Assembly (NCBI GenBank): GCA_951406725.2 | Contig: OX597828.1 | Span: forward strand, 46,004,001 to 46,068,000 | DNA: 64,000 bases | Source: Octopus vulgaris | Taxonomy: Eukaryota | Direction of reading: 5' to 3' | Shown here: piece by piece, positions 58,446 to 64,000 of the stretch | How positions within the stretch are numbered: position 1 is the stretch's first letter | How the letters are laid out: each line of letters starts with the position of its first letter | Position numbers and translations under genes: made by a program | The notes under the pieces: generated by a model | What the model was told of the DNA's origin: nothing | The model's database searches: none | The model's input: the letters and a program-made list of their open reading frames with translations, nothing else

Positions 58446-59296
58446 CGAAATTTTCTTCCCACGTGTGTTCCAGACCCTAGTTATGGCCTCATTTGCATAC
58501 GGCCAATCAGAGCTCAACTACCAAACTGATTTATGTGCACGTAACAAGTTATGGAATGGATGAGGGTTCCGGTTGATCCGAATCAACGGAACAGCCTGCT
58601 CGTGAAAATAACGTGTAAGTGGCTGAGCACTCCACAGACACGTGCACCCTTAACGTAGTTCTCGGTGATATTCAGCGTGACACAGAGAGTGACAAGGCTG
58701 ACCCCTTGAAATACAGGTACAACAGAAACAGGAAGTAAGAGTGAGAGAAAGTTGTGGTGAAAGAGTACAGCAGGGATCACCACCATCCCCTGCCGGAGCC
58801 TCGTGGAGCTTTAAGTGTTTTCGCTCAATAAACACTCACAACGCCCGGTCTGGGAATCGAAACCGCAATCCTATGACCGCGAGTCCGCTGCCCTAACCAC
58901 TGGGCCATTGCGCCTCCGTAACAAGTTATAGGCGATAAGATAAGGTTATTTGAGTTAGATATGGCCATGCTTCTTTACCCTTTTGCTAATGCTTGAGTTC
59001 TTGTTCGTGTCTCAACCATGGCTGCTTCTGAGTAGTGTCTTGTGTTGCTGTTTACTTTCTATGGGGCCCTAGCAAAACCCGATAATAGGTATAAATGCAA
59101 ATCTATCTAATTACTTGTCTCCTCCTAAAATCAGGCATAACTTGACGATCGGTCGACTTACAACACCGTTCTTCGTCTGGAGTTTACTTGACAGAGTTTG
59201 TTAACTTGACAACAAGGTCAAGGTGAGCTCTGATTGGCTGTATGCAAATGAGTTCATTACTTAGGTCCGGAACTCTCGTGGGAAAAAAAAAGTTCG
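58446..59296. mobile_element. Non-autonomous TIR element (possibly Mutator-like)
   Basis: ~75-bp imperfect TIRs (58446-58519 and 59221-59296). Flanking TTCCC(G/A)TTCA direct repeat at 58436-58445 and 59298-59307. Inserted in an old SINE. Confidence 0.65.
58553..58917 (-). mobile_element. SINE family B nested in the TIR element
   Basis: 12-bp TSD GTAACAAGTTAT at 58541-58552 and 58918-58929; 3' end shortened. Confidence 0.92.
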
Positions 59297-59526
59297 CTTC
59301 CCATTCAGCGCGGTTATATATATGCCAAAGAAACCGAAAAACCTGTCTTATGAGCCTCGAGAAGAAGTTTTATTCTTGTAATGTTCTGGTACTCTGAAAT
59401 TTCCTCAGCGCACTTCTTCAAACCAATCATATATATTTTATATATATATTCTTTTTATTTTATCATTACCATTTCCGATTTATTTTCGAAAATTATATTG
59501 ATCATTTCTATTTATTGCTTTGCACA

Positions 59527-59557
<31 letters not shown>

Positions 59558-59568
59558 CGTGTGTGTGC

Positions 59569-59605
<37 letters not shown>

Positions 59606-59774
59606 TCTGTGTGTGTGTGTGTGTTACAGTATAATTACTAAACATTTGTTCACATAATCATTTTAATAGCTAATTTCTTTAAGTAAATTTTAAATTTAAT
59701 TTTAATTTCGATTCCGGTAGTTTGAGGAAACTCACACATTTTTTTTATATAAAAAATTTTTTATATTAATATAC

Positions 59775-59986
59775 TTGACATTCCAGCTGCTTCCGTATAT
59801 CCCAGGGATCGACGTAGCGCTGTAAATGACCCGTAACGTATAACACACACAGACACACACACACACACACATTCCCACGCAGATATATACAAACATACAC
59901 ACACAGAGACACGCAAGATTTACACTGACGGAGTCATCACGTGATCGTAGATATTTCAATGGACGTCTGACATCCAGAGACGCCAT
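59775..59986 (-). CDS. Candidate first two small exons (59924-59986 and 59775-59819), unknown product
   Basis: ATG..AGT|gtaaat, a (TG)n intron, then tcatttacag|CGC..CAA|gtatat, giving in-frame MASLDVRRPLKYLRSRDDSVS-RYVDPWDIRKQLECQ. Confidence 0.2.
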
Positions 59987-60479
59987 ATGTTCGTAGAATA
60001 TATATAGATATATAAATATATATATAGATATATAAGCTTACATTCATGTGTGTGTGTTTGTGTGTCTGTATGCGTGAGTATGTATGTATGTGTGTTTATG
60101 TGTGAGAGTGTATGTGTGAGAGTGTATGTGTGTGAGTCTGTGTGTATGTTTCTCTGTATGTATGTATGAACACTCAAACCACACATATGCACATATGTAT
60201 ATATGCATATATATATGGATGAGTAAAGTTCTTAACATTTTGAAATGTCTCTTCGCATTAGCCATTACTTGTTACCCATTCTGCATATATTTTCGTTGTA
60301 AATCCCATTCTTCTCCTCTCACTAAAACAAATCTCTAATTGATTCCCAGATTCTCACACACTCACACCTACATTTATAAACATACATACGCACATCCATG
60401 CATTCATACACAGATTTTAAACTATATAAATATATATTCCATGTGCACTCACACTCACGCACACATTTATATGCGTGTA

Positions 60480-60660
60480 TATGTAATTATTCAGTTTTAT
60501 CTCTAGATATCTTGCCAATGGAGAAACAGCCGGTTTCTAACCTAGATCCAAGTCTCCTTCTTTGGATTTCAACAATATTTGCTTATTCTTGTGCCCCAAT
60601 AATTATTGGTGTAATTCTGTACTTGTAATCCGAGTAGAGTAGGCGCAGATGCTTTTACAA
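60480..60660 (-). mobile_element. Third TACA-family RLE 3' fragment, internally deleted
   Basis: HLRLLYSDYKYRITPIIIGA plus UTR TTGGATCTAGGTTAGAAACCGG shared with 29425-29446. Confidence 0.75.
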
Positions 60661-62157
60661 GTTACGATAGACGTTTACTTTTAATAGTTAAGTTAGGCAG
60701 TTAAATGGTTTACTGTCGTCTGCAGTACTTCATATGTACTTTAATATATAAGACTCTGGAGGGAGGAAATGCAAAGCTGACATCGGCGAGACGCAAAGGG
60801 CAGGTAAAATGCTGCAACATATCTACTCCGATGCCTTCATCATTCTCCTCCTTCGACACCTTTATACTATTATCAATAACAAATGGTAATTACTTAGAAA
60901 TCAAATTCCAGTGAAAATCCTTTAAATTCACAAAAAATAATTCCGTTCATGCCATGCTCTGTCAACTTCTGAGCCATTTTCTATGATCTTCGTACCTCTT
61001 TGTTTCATATTTCTGAAATTGTTTCTGTTGGCTGTCACCCCACAAATAGTCTTCTTCATTAATATTTCATTTTCTTGTCTTTTAGGTAACTCCTCTTTAC
61101 CGTTTAAATTAAAATTATATACCAGGCAATGAGGCGTTGTAATATTCAAATGTTTGACACGATGTCAGCAAATTTGGGGCAGAAGGTAAGTTGATTACAT
61201 CGACCCCAGTGTTGTGTTCAACCGGTACTCGTTTTATCGACCCCTAAATAATGAAGGGGGAAGTCGACCTCCGGTGAATTTCAATTCAAAGCGTAAAGAC
61301 GGACGTAATGCCCGTAACCACTTTGTCCGGCGCGTTAACTACTCTTCACGCTCACCGCCTTAGAAAAAAAAAATAAAGATATTAATAATACTAATAGAGA
61401 AAGTGGAAGGCGGTACAGGCCTATGCAATAAAATATATTATACAATATGTTGTGAGGTTTCATGAGGGCGAGTAAGCAAAAATGTAACAAAAGTTTCAAA
61501 ATGTGTGATTTAACGTGTAATTTAACCGGACCCTCCCTCGGTCTCCAGGTCAACTGACTTTACTTCAATGTTTTTCACCCCTGTCACCACTTCTTGCTCC
61601 ATTACAGCAGTGCCGATCAGGTCTATGTGCTTGGTGTCCTACATTATGACGGTGACCTCTTCCGCGTATGCCAACACGGTTCTCCACATCCTAGTTCGCA
61701 CGATATGTCCCTCGACGTCTCCAATTTCCGACGTTATTGACTCTAGAGTAAGTACATAGAGAAGAGACGAGAAAGACAACCTTGGGGGACCTAGCGCCTG
61801 ATACTGAATGTCCCGATAGATAACCTGTCATTTGAACTACTGTGCAGGTAGACATCTCGATGCAATGTTGCAATCCAGCTGCGACTGTGAGAATAGCCGT
61901 CAAGCGTTAGTGGTCGAAGTTACCGAAGGCTTGTAATTAATCCAAAATCCTCTTGGTCCTACCCATTCTACTTTCTTCACTCACCCTCGCTCTATGATAT
62001 ATCCCCTATTTGTGGAGGATGCCCTAGATTATTCTGCTTGAAACGGCACATGTTTGAGTATCACCAAGCGATCCCTCGACAAGTACCAGCATCTTCGCTA
62101 ACACCTCGGTCACAGATTTGAAATCTGCTTTTAGCCACTTTATGCGCCTAATAATAT
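60632..62157 (-). repeat. Inverted duplication, right (donor) copy, 1526 bp
   Basis: Both ends run on seamlessly into flanking retroelement relics. Confidence 0.95.
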
Positions 62158-62930
62158 ATATATGTGTTCCCTCTTTGTTTGGGTACTTTCTCAGCAGTTC
62201 CACCGATCGTCGACTAAAAGGACTAGGAATAATCCCGTGCAGCTGCAAGTTGTGATTAATATTTGTATGTGACATGCCTCCAAATAGTCCTCGTATTCAA
62301 AAATAATGGTCGCAGGGTACATAATCCAGACGATTTGAACGTACAATAAATCATCACTTTTCTTATCTTCGCAAATGTTATTAGCTTTTTGTAACACTCA
62401 ACCTCCCTTGCCGAGATTCGCGGTAAGACCTTCCAGGTAAGTATTAAAGTCCATCCTACGTTCCGGTTCAAAACAATCGCTGGAAGTGCTTCTGAAATAC
62501 GGTACATGTCTTTTCAGGTTCAAGTACCATGCACGGATTATGGTCCGCAAAAGACTGAATTAAGGATCTTTTCCATTTTGTGCCTCCGTCACTTGAGCCT
62601 CTGACGCGTCTTAAAATACGTACCTTACCTCTGACAATGCAACCTCCGTGCAATGCGCTGAAGGATTGGTCGGGGGCCCATCTCACCACGAACACTCCAG
62701 CTGCGATGCCTTTCCTATGAACCTCTTCTAAGTTTGTAAGATTCTAAGATGCCTTATATTATTTCTCCTTTTAGCGTTACGCTCCTAATAAATTTATTTG
62801 ATTCTGCTCCAATCACTTATAGCAAACCATCATTTGCTGCTGACGATTAAGTCTGTCAACGTCCGTTTAACAAATTCGCTAATACGCTCTAAATATACTC
62901 AGTGCGCCAGCAATGTTTCGCTCAGTTTTT
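61570..62930 (-). mobile_element. Degraded Tx1/L1-clade LINE ORF2 (RT region)
   Basis: Decayed motifs FQKHFQRLF, LLRKYPNK, ADFK...VLAK, QTCAV, QGC....LYVLTLE and LAYAEEVTV (from AYADDVTV). Confidence 0.75.
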
Positions 62931-62947
62931 ATTAACCGTGTATATAT

Positions 62948-63353
62948 TACTCTTTTACTCTTTTACTTGTTTCAGTCATTTGACTGCGGCCATGCTGGAG
63001 CACCACCTTTAGTCGAGCAAATCGACCCCGGAACTTAATCTTTGTAAGCCCAGTACTTATTCTATCGGTCTCTTTTGCCGAACCGCTAAGTGTCGGGGAC
63101 GTAATCACACCAGCATCGGTTGTCAAGCAATGCTAGGGGGTCAAACACAGACACACAAACATATACACACACATACATATATATATATATATACATATAT
63201 ACGACGGGCTTCTTTCAGTTTCCGTCTACCAAATCCACTCACAAGGCTTTGGTCGGCCCGAGGCTATAGTAGAAGACACTTGCCCAAGATGTCACGCAGT
63301 GGGACTGAACCCGGAACCATGTGGTTGGTAAGCAAGCTACTTACCACACAGCC
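62948..63353 (-). mobile_element. SINE family A
   Basis: Family consensus, slightly 5'-truncated. Confidence 0.9.
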
Positions 63354-63424
63354 AAAACTGTCTGATGAACGGCAACGAGAAACTCAGAGTAACAGATTTT
63401 GTTGAATTTTCTGCTGCTTAAAAT

Positions 63425-63528
<104 letters not shown>

Positions 63529-63537
63529 TGTGTGTGT

Positions 63538-64000
63538 CCTTGGATACTCTGAGTATTGACTTTGCCAACTCTTTCCCTTTGATTATATTGGGTAGTCCCA
63601 CTCATGCTCCGTCATTAGCGACACGTACGAACGTAGGCACTACAGAAAAGTCAGTCCTTGGGAGACTCCCACTGCTCTGCCAAAGGAACATATGAACCAC
63701 CTATTTGTCAAATCCAGTTTATTTGTCATTATTGTATTTTTTCTGATTTTTTTAATATGCCTAGTCTTCATACAGGGATCCTGCCCGCAAGATCCCCATA
63801 CTGGGAGCTAATCTCTCAGAATATTGTATGTCTGGATCATGGCCGTCTTGCTGAGTAGTCTTCGGAATGACTTATCCTTAATACCCAAGGCATCTAGCGC
63901 CGCACTCGCAGGCCGGCACCAGGCACCACAGGCACCGATTAGGAGTCCATGCACCTCTACCGGCCGGTCAAATTCCTCCAAAAGCAATGGTATGAGCGGT
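63538..64000 (-). mobile_element. R2/NeSL-like RLE retrotransposon 3' end (continues beyond the window)
   Basis: Open frame 63999-63808 reads VEVHGLLIGACGAW...LDALGIKDKSFRRLLSKTAMIQTYNILRD*. A putative 3' UTR runs to (CA)n(TA)n. Confidence 0.6.

Overview
AT-rich, microsatellite-dense eukaryotic DNA. The SINE families and (TA/TG/TAA/TACA)n load suggest an octopus (cephalopod) genome; this is inference. No host gene is confidently identifiable, and almost all long ORFs in the track are microsatellite or SINE artefacts. Repeat content: three abundant tRNA-derived SINE families; many 5'-truncated R4/Dong-type non-LTR retrotransposons with a restriction-like endonuclease (RLE), sitting in (TAA)n arrays, plus a separate family in (TACA)n arrays; CR1-group, RTE, Tx1/L1 and R2/NeSL-like LINE fragments; and Tc1, maT and mariner relics. 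There is also a 2.4-kb compound TAT/CAT array and a 26-bp minisatellite. Most notable: (1) a TSD-flanked Penelope-type palindrome (239-566) carrying two minimal hammerhead-ribozyme motifs with a compensatory G3:C8 core; (2) a near-identical 1526-bp inverted duplication whose donor and recipient can be told apart; (3) microsatellite-specific retroelements, including a non-autonomous TAA rider. A few weak minus-strand exon candidates are listed at low confidence. All family assignments come from motif recognition by eye, not database searches.
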